64,000 bases of DNA, from contig NC_043003.1 of the NCBI RefSeq assembly GCF_006345805.1, positions 70,866,001-70,930,000 of the forward strand, read 5' to 3'. Numbering within the stretch: position 1 is the first letter of the stretch; each line of letters begins with the position of its first letter. The position numbers and the translations under genes were made by a program. The stretch comes from Octopus sinensis (lineage: Eukaryota). A model generated the notes under the pieces. The model had not been told where the DNA came from. It did no database searches and saw only the letters and a program-made list of their open reading frames with translations. This document shows, piece by piece, positions 13,620 through 26,922 of this stretch.

Positions 13620-13760
13620 ATATTTTGTTAGTAAATGCATAAAGGAGAATCTGGATAAACTAGGATTTTCAGAAAGAGAAATCAACCGGCTAATTTATAC
13701 ATTACAAGTGCAATCTGTGAGTGGAACAATAAAAATATGCAAGACTTTTCTCGAGTTCTT
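13620..13760 (+). mobile_element. R4/Dong-like LINE 3' fragment
   Basis: FVSKCIKENLDKLGFSEREINRLIYTLQVQSVSGTIKICKTF, nearly identical to the 38216 ORF C-terminus. Confidence 0.75.
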
Positions 13761-13979
13761 TTCTCAAGATGCAATTGAAAATATCGATTATGCCTTATTT
13801 CACTGAAGGAAATCCCACATGTGACCAGCCGCTGTTTAAAATTGTCATCAAGGTATTACCCCACTATGTGATATGACGTTATCACTAAAACAATATACAA
13901 TGTCTTCCGGGAAAAAAATTACTCTTCTGAGACAAACATAGAGAATTCTCTTGTTACTGAATACATAAATAAACATCCA

Positions 13980-14243
13980 TGAAGGTGCGCCGTTTAGTGG
14001 TTAGAGTATTTGGCACACGATCGCAAGGTTATGAGTTCAATTCCCGGCGACGCGTTGTGTCCTTGAGCAAGACACTTTATTTCACGTTGCACCGGTCCAC
14101 TCAGCTGGCAAAAATGAGTAGTACCTGTATTTCAAAGGGCCAGCCTTGTCACACTGTGTCACGCTGAATCTCCTTGAGAACTCCTTTAAAGGTACACGTG
14201 TCTGTGGAGTACTCAGCCACTTGCACGTTAATTTCACAAGTAG
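13980..14243 (+). mobile_element. Chimeric SINE: family C head and core plus family B tail
   Basis: gtgtccttgagcaagacactttatttcacgttgc core joined to gtacctgtatttcaaagggccagcc...cacgttaatttcac tail. Confidence 0.75.
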
Positions 14244-14254
14244 AGTGCCAGTAG

Positions 14255-14720
14255 TAGTAGTACATAAACATTCACAAAAGGAATACTGGTGGAACATTCC
14301 CATCAAAACTTCTACCAAGAGCAAACATTACAAACCCGGAACAGACAAGAAAATGTATGTACCATCATAGAGGTCAGCTGCTCTGCTAATGCGAAAATCA
14401 AATAGAAAGAGAGTAACTGTGGACAACTGCTCCGAAAATCCAGCTTTTATGCCCGGATTATAAATTCACATTTATACCAATAATAGGTGGTGCATTTTAT
14501 TTGTAACGAAATACCAAAGTGGAAATCTGGAAAAGCTGGGTTTCTCAAAAAAAAAAAAAAAAAAGGAGTCAACCAGCCAACAGACAAATTACAAATACAA
14601 TCTGCAAGCGGAGCCGGGGAAATATGCCCGATTTCTCTCAAGTTCAAAATGTGAATTTGTTTTTATCTAAATAACAAAGATGGAGCTTTGTATCTTATAT
14701 TTATTTATTCAACCACTTGA
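14255..14720 (+). mobile_element. R4/Dong-like LINE 3' end, degenerate
   Basis: HKHSQKEYWWNIPIKTSTKSKH...EKLGFS...LKFKM* followed by the same 3'UTR (atgtgaatttg...caaagatggagc) as 38700-38760. Confidence 0.7.
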
Positions 14721-14839
14721 TACTCTTAGGGTTACGGCCGATTCGTAGCCTTCTTCATAGCCACTTGAAGTAGTCTGGATGTCCTACGTGGAATTCTAAA
14801 CTAGCTAGCAGCAGTCTTACATTTAGCTGTACACACATA

Positions 14840-14882
<43 letters not shown>

Positions 14883-14885
<3 letters not shown>

Positions 14886-15389
14886 TTGCGGCCAAAATGT
14901 TCAGAACGGCATTGTTTTTGTCAGAAAAGTAGATATAAGTTTTTATTAAAGTTGTTTTATATTCTATAATTTTCACAGATGATAAATACAATATTAATTT
15001 GTATTGTCTGTGATTTTAGTGTAATTTGAGTGGATAATACAAAAGTTACGGATGATATAGCGATTTACTGCAAAACCCATTGCGGCCAAAATGATCAGAA
15101 CGATTGAAAAAATAACAAAATAATCAAAATTGACAGAGAATGCTGGAATTATTTCATACTTAGTGTGAACCCCTTTAGCTTCAATCAAACATTGACATCT
15201 TCGACTGCAGGAGGAAATTAAATTTTTAATTTCTTACTGGGTGATCTTATTCCATTCTTCCTGAAGAGCATTCCATAATTGCTCGGTTGTTTTAGGATTT
15301 CTGGCTTTCGAACGTTCTCCTAGAATATTCCACACATTTTCAATAGGATCGAGATCTGGGCTTTGAGCAGGCCAATCCATAACAATAAC

Positions 15390-15390
<1 letters not shown>
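14883..15390 (-). mobile_element. Tc1-family (DD34E) transposon right end: transposase C-terminus plus IR/DR-type terminal repeat
   Basis: Minus strand reads VMDWPAQSPDLDPIENVWNILGERSKARNPKTTEQLWNALQEEWNKI*...RRCQCLIEAKGVHTKY*. Outer repeat TA-cagttgcggccaaaatgttcagaac at 14883 and inner direct repeat ttgcggccaaaatgatcagaac at 15080. Confidence 0.85.
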
Positions 15391-15424
<34 letters not shown>

Positions 15425-15757
15425 AATATAAGAGAGTGACCACTATATGGTCGACTCTAGCGCTAAAAATAGATCCGCTATGGTATTAGCCACTAAAAAT
15501 TGTTTCCAAGGAGAATTAACACAACATTTAACGTAAACGAGGCAAGTGAAAAACAACGAAAATATAGATTAACTCTAGACAATTGTTTCGCTATTAATGT
15601 AATATGCAATTTTACTTACACAACATCTAGGTGTTGTGTAAGTAAAATTGCATCTACAAAGATAAATAGTATAAAGATACGATAAACTGAGTAGATTTTT
15701 CTCGCTCATCTTTGTAGCCACATGTATGCAACACTCCTCTGTTTTTCACATACACAG

Positions 15758-15790
<33 letters not shown>

Positions 15791-16497
15791 GATACGCACA
15801 TATGGACATGGGCATCTACATACATAAACACATGCATAAATATATACTCAAACACATGCATGTATGTACGTACGTATGTATGTATGCTTGTATGCGTGTA
15901 TGTAACTAATATGTTGTATTTTTATCATCAAATTATATTTTACTTCTCCATTTGTCTATTAATTATTTATTCCAACTTAGGTAACAATTATTTTTTATCT
16001 GAAGACTAATGCGCTATGATTGTGTCTGCGACAGTAGAAACAATTACATATAATTAAAAATGATTCTCAAACCAAATGCTTCTGGCTTGCACAACATAAC
16101 AGTCGCATATATTTTTTTTTCTCACCTATTCTCCGATCAATAAAGATTTGGTTTTAATTGTAAATGTAAAATTTTATCCAATATTTTAAAACGATGATTC
16201 ATTTATACAATTCATACAAAAATCTCCTTCGGCATTTTGAATATATTTAAGGAGAGATATGCTTGCGTTTACATCTGAGATCTACATAGCTTCACCTTAA
16301 TATAGAATTATTTATACTCAATATAATTCATGTACTTTATACACACACACATACACACCCCCACACTTACACACATACACACACACGCACACACACACAC
16401 ACACACATATGTATATATATATATATTATATATATATATATAATATATATATATTATATATATACACACACATATATATACATATATATAAATATAA

Positions 16498-16895
16498 GGC
16501 GGCGAGCTGGCAGAAACGTTAGCACGCCGGGCGAAATGCGTAGCCGTATTTCGTCTGCCGTTACGTTGTGAGTTCAAATTCCGCCGAGGTCGACTTTGCC
16601 TTTCATCCTTTCGAGGTCGATAAATTAAGTACCAGTTACGCACTGGGGTCGATATAATCGACTTAATCCGTCTGTCTATCCTTGTTTGTCTCCTCTGTAT
16701 TTAGCCTCTGTATTGTGGGTAGTAAAGAAATAGGTATTTCGTCTGCCGATACGTTCTGAGTTCAAATTCCGCTGAGGTCGACTTTAACTTTTATCTTTTC
16801 GGGGTCGATAAATTAAATGCGAGTTGTGTACTGGGATCGATCTAATCGACTGGCTCCCTCCCCCCAAAATTTCGGGCCTTGTTCCTAGAATAGAA
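16498..16895 (+). mobile_element. SINE family A full copy followed in tandem by a partial second copy
   Basis: Family A head, core and tail to 16732. The sequence then restarts at gtatttcgtctgccg with an alternative tail (aaatttcgggccttgttcctag). Confidence 0.85.
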
Positions 16896-17063
16896 AATAA
16901 AAGACGTTGCTGTGTACTTTTGTCCCCAAAATGAATTGAAATCGTGGCCATCTTTGTTAGTTTACTACAGAACAATGCAAAATATTTAAAGCAACAGATA
17001 TAAATGAATAAGTTAGAGGGACATATACATACACACATACACACGCAGCCATCTATCTATCTA

Positions 17064-17144
<81 letters not shown>

Positions 17145-17269
17145 CTATATATATTTATATGTGTGTGTGTGTGCATTTTATATAAAATATAATTCGTCTA
17201 TTTTGTCACAAGTACTGGGACAATATGTGTGTGTGTGTGAGTGTGTGTGAGTGTGTGTGTGTGTGTGTG

Positions 17270-17300
<31 letters not shown>

Positions 17301-18879
17301 GTTTGAATATTTATAATTATGTTTGAATAAACTTCAATTATCATAAAAATAACTGTCCGATTTATTGAGAAAATACCTGGATAATATAGATTTATAAATA
17401 AATATAAATGTGAAATGAGGAAAAAGTAGATTAATATTTTCTATGGCGTTTAAAACATATTCAGAATTATCAAAGATAGATTTTATTGGAAAGAGAAGTC
17501 TTAATAACGAAATTTTAACATTTACTGTGTATATATTTTGTACAAAACATAATTAATTACTCCTCTATTTTGTCACAAGCACTGGGTCAATATTTAGTGT
17601 TTTGAATATATAGAAATTTTATTGTGAAGCAATAAAAAATGTATTATTTTCTGTTTTCCGTAATATCTGAATGCACAAAGTAATTTTTTGAAGAAGAATT
17701 TTTATAACATGTGAAAATCTTTATTAACTCCTGTACACTATCCGTTATCCAACCACATTCGAGGACCTCACTGTTTCTAAGGTGTGTATGTCTAACGTGC
17801 TTCGAAGCTTGCCAAAGAAGATTCCACTTAGAAGATTTTGCAGACTAAAACTGTACCTTGGAAAAACTGAAACATATTTATGTGAAATGCGAATGTGTGT
17901 GTGTGTGTATACCCGTGTGCGTGCATGTGCATATATGGCAATTACATCAACAAAGAACCGTTTGAAAAACACAAATCTGTTTAAAATTCTCGGCATTTAT
18001 TTCGTGAATATTAAATAAATGTAGTGCGTATCCTAGTGGTGAGAATGTTAAACTCGGGATCGTAAAGTTGAGGATTCAATTCCCTGGCTCATGTACTACG
18101 TTGTGTCTTTGAGAAAGTTCCATATATTGCATGTAAATTTTCCTATGGATCTGCAAGTACTGCTAACCAAATAAAACATGATTACTCTATTTTTTCTATA
18201 GCTAACAAGTTATCAGATAGAAATGGCTGCCAGATATAGCAGTCATGCCTAACCGTCTCAGAAAAAAAGGTAAATTAAATTGTTATCGTTTTATGTCTAG
18301 ATCAAATGTTCCACACACGCACACACATGGGCGCACACACACACACACACACACACATATCTTTACTAACTGAGGTACTTGGTAATACCCGGGAGCAGGA
18401 ATGTTTGCAGTACCCATTACAATGCATAATTTCTCTCAGACGAAAGATGAAATCAAGACTTAGTGCAGATAATAGAAGGCGTAAGCAAATTCATTCACGA
18501 AACAATAATGTAAATAAATACGTGTGGAATCTGAAAATGACAATTGTTCGGTCAGATGAGGGGAAACCTGCAAATATATAACCAATGGAAACAACAAAAA
18601 GGGAATTGTAACGGAGTATTATGAGAAAACGAACATAAAAATTTGAAAAGTAAACAAAACAGTATTTAGAGAAAAGGCACTTAATTTGACAACTGTGTTT
18701 CATGGGTATAGTTCCACTGATCGTGAAAATCAAATATTGATTGTAACGGTCATAACCGACAATTTTAAGTACAGATGTTAAGAAAATACGCTACATGTTT
18801 TAGCACACAAGGTTGCAACGTTTAAAATCGGTAATTTTAAGTGCAGGTATTAAGAAAATAATGTTACAGCAACCTGAGA

Positions 18880-19242
18880 ATCCTGAAATACTTACAGCAA
18901 TTTTGGCCAAATTTCGTTAATCAGTTAATCAAAAAACACCTTACGCTTTGCTTGAGTGACTTAGGTAAAAATATATGTGTCTCAACCCATCCTTAGCGCA
19001 TATTTCATCTTTGTATAAAATTTCAACAAAATCGGTTGAAAACTTTAAAAGTTATGGTAGAAAATAACATTCATGTGAGAATTTGCGTTGAATTGTCCAA
19101 TTGATTTTTGAAATATCGATGCTGATTAAAAGATATTGATATATTTGAAATTTTAAGTGCATAAGTGACCCACACACGTGTCAAGTTTCATGAAGATCGA
19201 CAAACACACAGCCACAAACAGACAGAAATTTCCATTTATGTA

Positions 19243-19245
<3 letters not shown>
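18880..19245 (-). mobile_element. Helitron-like non-autonomous remnant
   Basis: Reverse complement contains ctgtctgtttgtggctgtgtgtttgtcgatcttcatgaaacttgacacgtgt, matching the 1 and 11102 copies. Confidence 0.4.
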
Positions 19246-19286
<41 letters not shown>

Positions 19287-19305
19287 ACACACACACAAAC
19301 ACATA

Positions 19306-19783
19306 CAGGGTGTCCCAGAATTAACTATCGATTTCAGTGAAATCGGACAAAACTCACATGTATATCATGTTTAATATATGTTAAAAGTGTACAAATTTTT
19401 TATTTTATTTTTTATAATATTTCTTATAATTTTATTTTCATTCCTGTTGCGGTCCGCTTATCTGTCCACGACAGCATTTTTTCAATTTGACTTTAATCAT
19501 TTTCTCTATCTCCATCCCAAGAATGGAGCAATAGCTTAGCTGATCTTAAAGAACGCACGCATTCAGTTAGCAGTGCAGGAGATTACTCCTGAAATGTTTC
19601 AAAATGTGTTTCCCAATGCTAAGGATAGATCTGAAATTTGCAGGGATACAGAGGGAGCAGTTGTTGAGAATTTTCAATAAAATTTTGGCCTCATAATTAA
19701 GTAGTAAATATAAAATTCTGTCAATCTTGTTTTTAAACTTCCCCGATTTCATTGAAATAGGTAGCTACATCAGAGACATTCTG
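19306..19783 (+). mobile_element. Internally deleted mariner-like (maT/rosa-type) transposon, about 480 bp
   Basis: Degenerate TIRs: TA-cagggtgtcccagaattaactatcgatttcagtgaaatcgg versus the reverse complement at 19742-19783. The internal frame ADLKERxHS..QEITPEMFQNVF...EICRDTEGAVVENFQ* resembles a transposase C-terminus. Confidence 0.6.
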
Positions 19784-19784
19784 C

Positions 19785-19847
<63 letters not shown>

Positions 19848-19857
19848 TGTATGTATG

Positions 19858-19914
<57 letters not shown>

Positions 19915-19978
19915 AAAGTAAAGTTGTAAGGTACCGCACGAGTGAAAATATATATGAAAGAAAGTTTGAAAATGCAAA

Positions 19979-20553
19979 GGTCTTTTAGAAATGTTTATTG
20001 ACTTGACCAGCTCCACTTTTTTTTTGCTGTATGAGCTTTGTTGTGTTAAGTACTGGTTATCATAAAAGTATTAAAATACAGTTATACAATCTTTGATAAT
20101 AAGAAAATGTTAAAAACAGTTTACAAGAAAGTATTCAAGAAAGGGACTGCAATAAGTATTTTGAGTTCAATAAAAATCATGTTTGTTTGGTAGTATATAT
20201 AAACAGAAGGAGATATATTTAAGAATTTACAAAAAATTGGAGACGAATAACTGACAGAAAATGTCAGACAGACAGGTCAGTTATTCCTCTCCGATTTTTT
20301 GTAAATTCTTGAATATATCTCCTTCTGTTTATATATACTACCAAACAAACATGATTTTTATTGAACTCAAAACACTTATTGTAGTCCCTTTCTTGAATAC
20401 TTTCTTGTAAATTGTTTTTAACATTTTCTTATCATTATCAAAGGTTGTATAACTGTATTTTAATACTTTTGTGATAACCAGTACTTAACACAATAAAGCT
20501 CATATAGCTAAAAAAGTGAAGCCAGTCAAGTCAATAAACACCTCTAAAAGACC
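19979..20553. repeat. Fold-back inverted repeat, about 277-bp arms (19979-20255 / 20276-20553), 20-nt spacer
   Basis: Manual alignment gives about 15 substitutions, one 3-nt indel and a poly(T/A) length difference. Confidence 0.95.
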
Positions 20554-21577
20554 TAAAATAAGTACCAGTTGTGTATTGGTGTCGAATGTGATCGATTTAA
20601 CCCCTTCCACTAAATTTCTGGCCTTGTACCAAAAGTTGAAACCGATAGTTGAACTCCATATTGAAATCTCACAAAGCACTCGTTAATTACAGTGTTTCCG
20701 CTGCTTACAACCAAATAACCCATATTTTCTGTTAAGGTCGATTGGTACACTCGAGAGTCAAGTTATGAGTAGACAAGTCATAAATTACACGTTTTACTTA
20801 AATATTTCCTAATGCATTTTTCTCGCTCGCCAACATTTATATCTTAAATAATTCTTCTATTTTCATACAATTCAAAACATGGAACCATGCAATTTGTTGC
20901 GATAATAACAAATTATTTCTTGTCTTCAAAAAAATCTCTCTACTACATTTGAAATTACAATCATTATTGGAATTTTTGACTGCAGACAACCTTATAGATC
21001 AATAAATTCGTACAAAAAAATTTCCAAATATTTAAATAGTAAAAGAAAAAAAAAGATAAAAATACCATGCTTGTTATTCCAACTTGTTTGTTATTTTATA
21101 TTCTGGTGTTAACACATACCAGAGATCATCTTTACAAAATTGTCTATTATAAAATTTATAAATAATTCTACTTGTAAGAATAAACATTTCGAATTCAAAT
21201 AATAAATGCTTTGAAATTTTTACAATAAACGTTTCCGATTGTAAGCGTAATGTTTTTCTAGTCTTAAATCATTTTTAATGGTATCAATAATAAGTAAGAC
21301 GTACGGTTCATTTATGACATTGTAGAGAAAAAACAAGTAACAATCAGATGGTGTTTGAATCTTCCGACATAAAATCGGAATTGCAAACTAATGATTTTTT
21401 TTCTTCCCTCATCTCACCCAGACCTATTTCCCCCTATGTTTGTAATTCGTTGCTTTGAATATATCTACCATAATCTAGTATTTGCAGATGGTTTTTCGTC
21501 ATGACAAATGAAGTGTAAGTAAAGGAGTCTATTTTATGTACAAAAACACATCTGCATATATGTCGGCATATATATAT

Positions 21578-21652
<75 letters not shown>

Positions 21653-22119
21653 CACACACACATATGTATATGGATATAAGTGTGTGTATATGTATATATA
21701 TATACACACACACATATATATGTATATATATATATATATGGGTATAGGTATATATATATGTATATATATTTATATACATATATGGGTATAAGTGTGTATA
21801 TATATATGTATATATATGCCTGTATGTATGTATTCTTTTACTTATTTCATTCATTTGACGCGGCCATGCTGGAGCATTACTTTTTTAAAAACATTTTATT
21901 TAATTTCATTTAATTATATATATATACATGCACACACGCACACGTCAAGGTCACCAGCCCCCTTCCACACGCTCTCATATACTCACGCACGCGCACCTTC
22001 GTTTTGGGATTACCACTACTTTATTATCTCCCTGTCTTCCTAGGTCTTGTGTGTGACCCCTCTGTCCAGCACTCGCCATGATAAATCACTAGCCACTAAA
22101 CCTTTTCTATTCACTCTCC

Positions 22120-22265
22120 CAGTTTATTTCTCTGTTCCTTTCTGTCGAAGAGCATAAGCTCGCAACGTGAAAGACTTTCTCACTTCCCGAGCGTTAAACT
22201 AATACATCTATTTGTTGTTTACACACCCGTCTTCGCCTTTTGTTTTTTCATAAATTCTCACTATA
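22120..22265 (+). mobile_element. PLE-like family F remnant with hammerhead-like motif (22138-22173)
   Basis: CTTT-CTGTCGA-A-GAGC(ataa)GCTC-GCAAC-GTG-AAAG, then the same 3' flank into (TA)n. Confidence 0.6.
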
Positions 22266-22286
22266 TATATATATATATATATATGT

Positions 22287-22680
22287 CAGCATGGCTGTAT
22301 GGTTAAGAGGGTCGCTTTGCAAGCACAAAGTTTCACGTTCAGACCTACTGTATGCCACTTTGGGCAAGTGTCTCCCATTATAACCTTGAGCCGGCCAATT
22401 ACTTTTGAGTGAGTTTGGTATACGGAAACTGAGTGAAAACCTGTCGTATTTGTGTGTGTCCGCGTGTATATGTATATGCGTGCATGTGTGTATTTGTGTT
22501 TGTGTACGTCAATCCGCCGCTTGGCAACAGGTTTTGGTTTGTTTATGTCCCCACAACCGAGCGGCATCGGTAAAAGAGGCTGACACAACACATACCTGAC
22601 TTGATCAAACACTTCGAGGTGATGCCCCTGCATGATCGCAACCTAAAACAACGACTGAAACAAGTAAAAGACAATAAAGT
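22287..22680 (+). mobile_element. SINE family D (tRNA head, CORE-like accttgggcaagtgtc domain, internal microsatellite)
   Basis: Head tggctgtatggttaag...gttcagacc, core ttgggcaagtgtct, tail ccccagcatg..cgca..tgactgaaacaagtaaaag. Further copies or fragments near 23170, 24720, 29290(-), 34080(-), 36430, 39110(-), 42258, 45222, 50085(-), 60545(-) and 63250. Confidence 0.75.
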
Positions 22681-22699
22681 TACGCGTACACACACACGT

Positions 22700-22736
<37 letters not shown>

Positions 22737-23086
22737 CACACATATACAAACATATGTAGGTATACATACGTTTCTACTGGATACGCCGAAGTTATTTTCT
22801 ATTGTCTTCTTGATTTAGCATTGAAGCATATTTATGCTTCCATGTATCAATGTATGATATCTATCAATAGCAATTGAATGAAAGAGCACACAGGTTTAAT
22901 TTCCGTGTTCAACAATTCCAGAATATAAACTATCAGACTCCAAGTCTTATAGTTTAGAAGTAAACGATAAACTGCTAGGACTTTCCGGAAATCGGCTGGT
23001 GTCTGTCTGAGTTGGCAAGACTTATACTATTTAATAAAATCGATAAAAAGAATACTGTGAACTTGCAATTGGGAGAATGGAAAATG

Positions 23087-23115
23087 CAACGTTTCGGACG
23101 AAGTCCTTCTTCAGG
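23087..23115 (-). ncRNA. Partial type I hammerhead-like motif (PLE remnant)
   Basis: Minus strand reads C-CTGAAGA-A-GGAC(ttc)GTCC-GAAAC-GTT-G. Core and stem II are intact; stem I is only 1 bp. Confidence 0.4.
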
Positions 23116-25033
23116 AAAATGTCAACAGGAGAGAAATTAGAAACAGCAGAGTATTATATTCTCTGAAAGGATATAAAATTCTGTTGAGGTTTCGGGTTCA
23201 ATCTGACTGCATGACACCTTGGGCTAGTGTTTTCTGCTATAGCTCCATACCGACCGGTACATTGTGAATGAGTTTGACCAGTCGTGTGAGTGTATGTGTG
23301 TGTAACTATGTGCGTCTTTGCTTGAGTCTATCTCACCCACCGCTTAATAACCAGCGTTGGGTTCTTTACGTTTCTGTAACTTAGCGCTTCGGCAAACGAC
23401 ACCGATAGAATAAATACCAGAGATGAAAACTTGAGTACCGGGGTCGATCTGTTCAACTAAAATCCTTGACGATGGTGCCCCAGCATGACCGCAGTCCAAT
23501 GACCGAAACAAGTAAAAGACAAGCGATGAAAGGTAAAAGATACCAAAGTCTAAAATTTCTCAATGGATTTCTATCCATGCAAACATTTAGAAGAAACTCC
23601 CGCCATAGTTTCCTTCATAACTTTTAGATGCCCTGACGATGACGACGACGACGGAGAGGAGGAGGAAGGGGAGGGGAGAAAGGGGAGGAGGAGGAGCATG
23701 CGATCTAAAACCTTTAAATATATGGTAGAACATGTCTGCCAAATAAAAGAAATGTTTTTGAGAAAGCGCTACGAAAGTATTTTTTTCTATAGAAGCCAGT
23801 TGGAATTTTAATCAATGTCTTCAAGTGAAATCTAAGATGATTTATACAATGGAACTACACCAAAACAGGAATTTACATAAATATCTCGGCTTAGTTTGTT
23901 GGCCTCCAGTTACTGTGGTATTATTGCCAACTGTTTTACAGTCATCTATCGAAGCAAAAGAACGTTTAAAGAACAAAATATAATGGTAAATAGTTTTCAT
24001 CCTGGCGATTATAATAATTAAAAGAGGCACTACAAAAGAAGCTTTTGGAAATCTTCTCAATGAAAGAGTTGAAATAAAATAAAATGGAATTAATTTGATG
24101 AGATAATAAGCCAATTTTAAAAATATTTCAACGAAAGCTGAATGAAATAATTGGTTACAATCAAAATCCAATATGTAGATTCATAAAATATAATAAAGAA
24201 TAAATACGAATTCTTCGATTGTTTGCGGTGCATAATATCATTTACAGAAATTGCTTACTCTTCAAATTGTTGCCAACAAAACACATGAACGAGGCTCTTC
24301 ATAAATTGTAACGGTTTTTTTGTTTGCATTAAAAATTAATCTATAAATGTTATTTTATTTTTTATCTATTTATCTATCTTTGCGTATATAATTAAAATTG
24401 AGAAAATATAGAGTAGAAAGAATGTTGATCACTTGCTGAAAATTGTATTGTTTGAAATAATAGTACGAGAATCAAAACAACGCAGTCGAGAGGTGGGGGG
24501 GGGACGAGTTAAACGAGAATAAACAACTGCACTTACGTTTGCATTCATATGCCTTTAGGGGACATTTCAATCCCCTGGGATGTGCAAGGAACAATGAATG
24601 ATGTATGAGTTTCAAACTGATAACGTAATTAGTACTGCAGCCTGATGCACTTGATTCATTAATGATAAGATTAACTAAAGCATTTTGAGGAACTGATAGA
24701 ATCGAAAGAATTTTTGACACGGCAGTGTGGTTAAGATGCAGGAATGACTGGGTGGTTAAGAAGCTCGCGTTGCTACCTTGTGGTTTTGTTTTCAGCCCCA
24801 CTATGTGGCACCTTAAGCAAGCATCTTCTATTATAGCCCCGGGCCGACAAATACATTGGCTGTGAATTCGGTAGACGAATGTTATGTGAAGCTCGACGTG
24901 GGCAAATGTATGTCAGTGCTGGATTAACCGTAAAGCAAAATAAGCACGTGCTTAGAGCAACAAGGGAAACGGGCTCCACAGAAATGGTAAGTGTTTACGG
25001 CACAAAAGCAATCACTTTAAACTTGCTAAAATA

Positions 25034-25550
25034 CGAGGATGAGTCAAGAAGTAATGCCATTTTAAATAGGACAGTTATAATTACCAACACAGGAACATGT
25101 ATCATACATCAAAATGAAGCTGGTCCTCTGTGGATCACTTCCTTACTTCTCAACATAGTCACCGTTTCTCTCAATAGCAATGTTCCACCTTCCAATAAGA
25201 GCATGTATCCTTGCCCCGTAAAATTCTGTTGAGTATTCTTTGAGCCACTTCTTCACTACAGTTTTCACTTCCCTCTTTCATGGGGCCGAAGAGATGATAG
25301 TCCAGTGACGAGGAAGTGAACACTGTAGTGAAGAAGTGGCTCAAAGAACAATCAGTAGAATTTTACAGGGCAGGGATATGTGCCCTCATTCGAAGGTGGA
25401 ACATTGCTATTGAGAGAAACGGTGACTATGTTGAGAAGTAGGGATGTGATCCACAGAAGACCAGCTTCATTTTGATGTATGATACATGTTCCTGTGTTGG
25501 TAATTATACCTATCCTAAACAAAATGGCATTACTTTTTAACTCACCCTCG
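25034..25550. mobile_element. Palindromic mariner (DD34D) derivative made of two inverted 3' ends, 517 bp
   Basis: TA-cgaggatgagtcaagaagtaatgcc ... ggcattactttttaactcaccctcg-TA. Each arm encodes the mariner C-terminus (KKWLKEQS.EFY.AGI.AL..RWNIAIERNGDYVEK*). DYHLFGPMK lies in the spacer. Confidence 0.88.
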
Positions 25551-25863
25551 TAATATTCAAAGTGGTTTATATGATTGGAAATATAATTACGAAGTGTTTA
25601 TGGTACCATAGTGAGAATATGATCAAAGACTTTGCTATTACAAAAATAGTCAGAGAAAACTTATGAAACATAAACTTGGTTGTGTATAAAAATAAATATT
25701 ATTTTCCATCTTACTGTTCTATTTAATTTTGAAAAATATCAATTTATTTTATGGTATCATTGTTTATATTTGAATTACATATATATGGGAGCACCAACAT
25801 TTTTTAAGTGCTTAGGGCCTCTCTGGGTCTTAATCCAGCCCATGTGTATGTATGCATATACAT

Positions 25864-25928
<65 letters not shown>

Positions 25929-25975
25929 TATATATATATAAATATATAATATACATATATATATATATATATATA

Positions 25976-26104
25976 GGAATTTATCTGTAAATGTAATATG
26001 TGACAATTATTGGGTAGCCATGATAAAACTCCGAGTTTCGGATGCCGAGGAGTTTTATCATGGCTACCGAATAATTGTCACATATTACATTTACAGATAA
26101 TTCC
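25976..26104. repeat. Near-perfect hairpin, about 57-bp arms (25976-26032 / 26049-26104), 16-nt loop
   Basis: One mismatch and one 1-nt indel between the arms. Abuts (TA)n on the left. Confidence 0.95.
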
Positions 26105-26215
26105 TCTATTTACATAATATCGAGGTCTCTTTATTTCTTTTGTTGTCTTACTATTTTTATCAATAATATATATATATAAATACACACATACATATACATA
26201 TATGAATATATGCAT

Positions 26216-26331
<116 letters not shown>

Positions 26332-26574
26332 ATTTCGGGATGGTCGATTTTCCTTTTAATGCCAAATAAACACGCACTATGTATTCATTCTTCACTCGTG
26401 TATTACTGTTCTTATACTAACTTGTGTCCATTGTCCGGAAATCTTTCGTCACACATCTGCTACCTCCTCCGAGACATTTTCCGTCTTCGTGTGTGCTCTT
26501 ACTCTGCTTATATATATATATATATATATATGAAAGTCTATAATATATATGTATGTATACACACACAAACATAT

Positions 26575-26630
<56 letters not shown>

Positions 26631-26922
26631 GTTTAAGCCTTTCTGCTAATCCCAACAGGTCAGTAAAAACATATTCTCGCCTTGTACTTAAAATATTCTG
26701 AGATGTATAAAAAAGCCATTCTAATTTTTGCTGTCAAAAGGCTGTATATATATACCGAAGATTGTATATATATACATGTAATGTGACAATTTGCGACAAC
26801 CAATAATCAACGCAACCAATTCCCAATAATATATTTGTTTTATCCTTTTCTGCCAAATTTTCCCAAACATTCTCATCACACTATTGAACTTCTCTGTTAC
26901 CAAACACTATATCTATACATGT

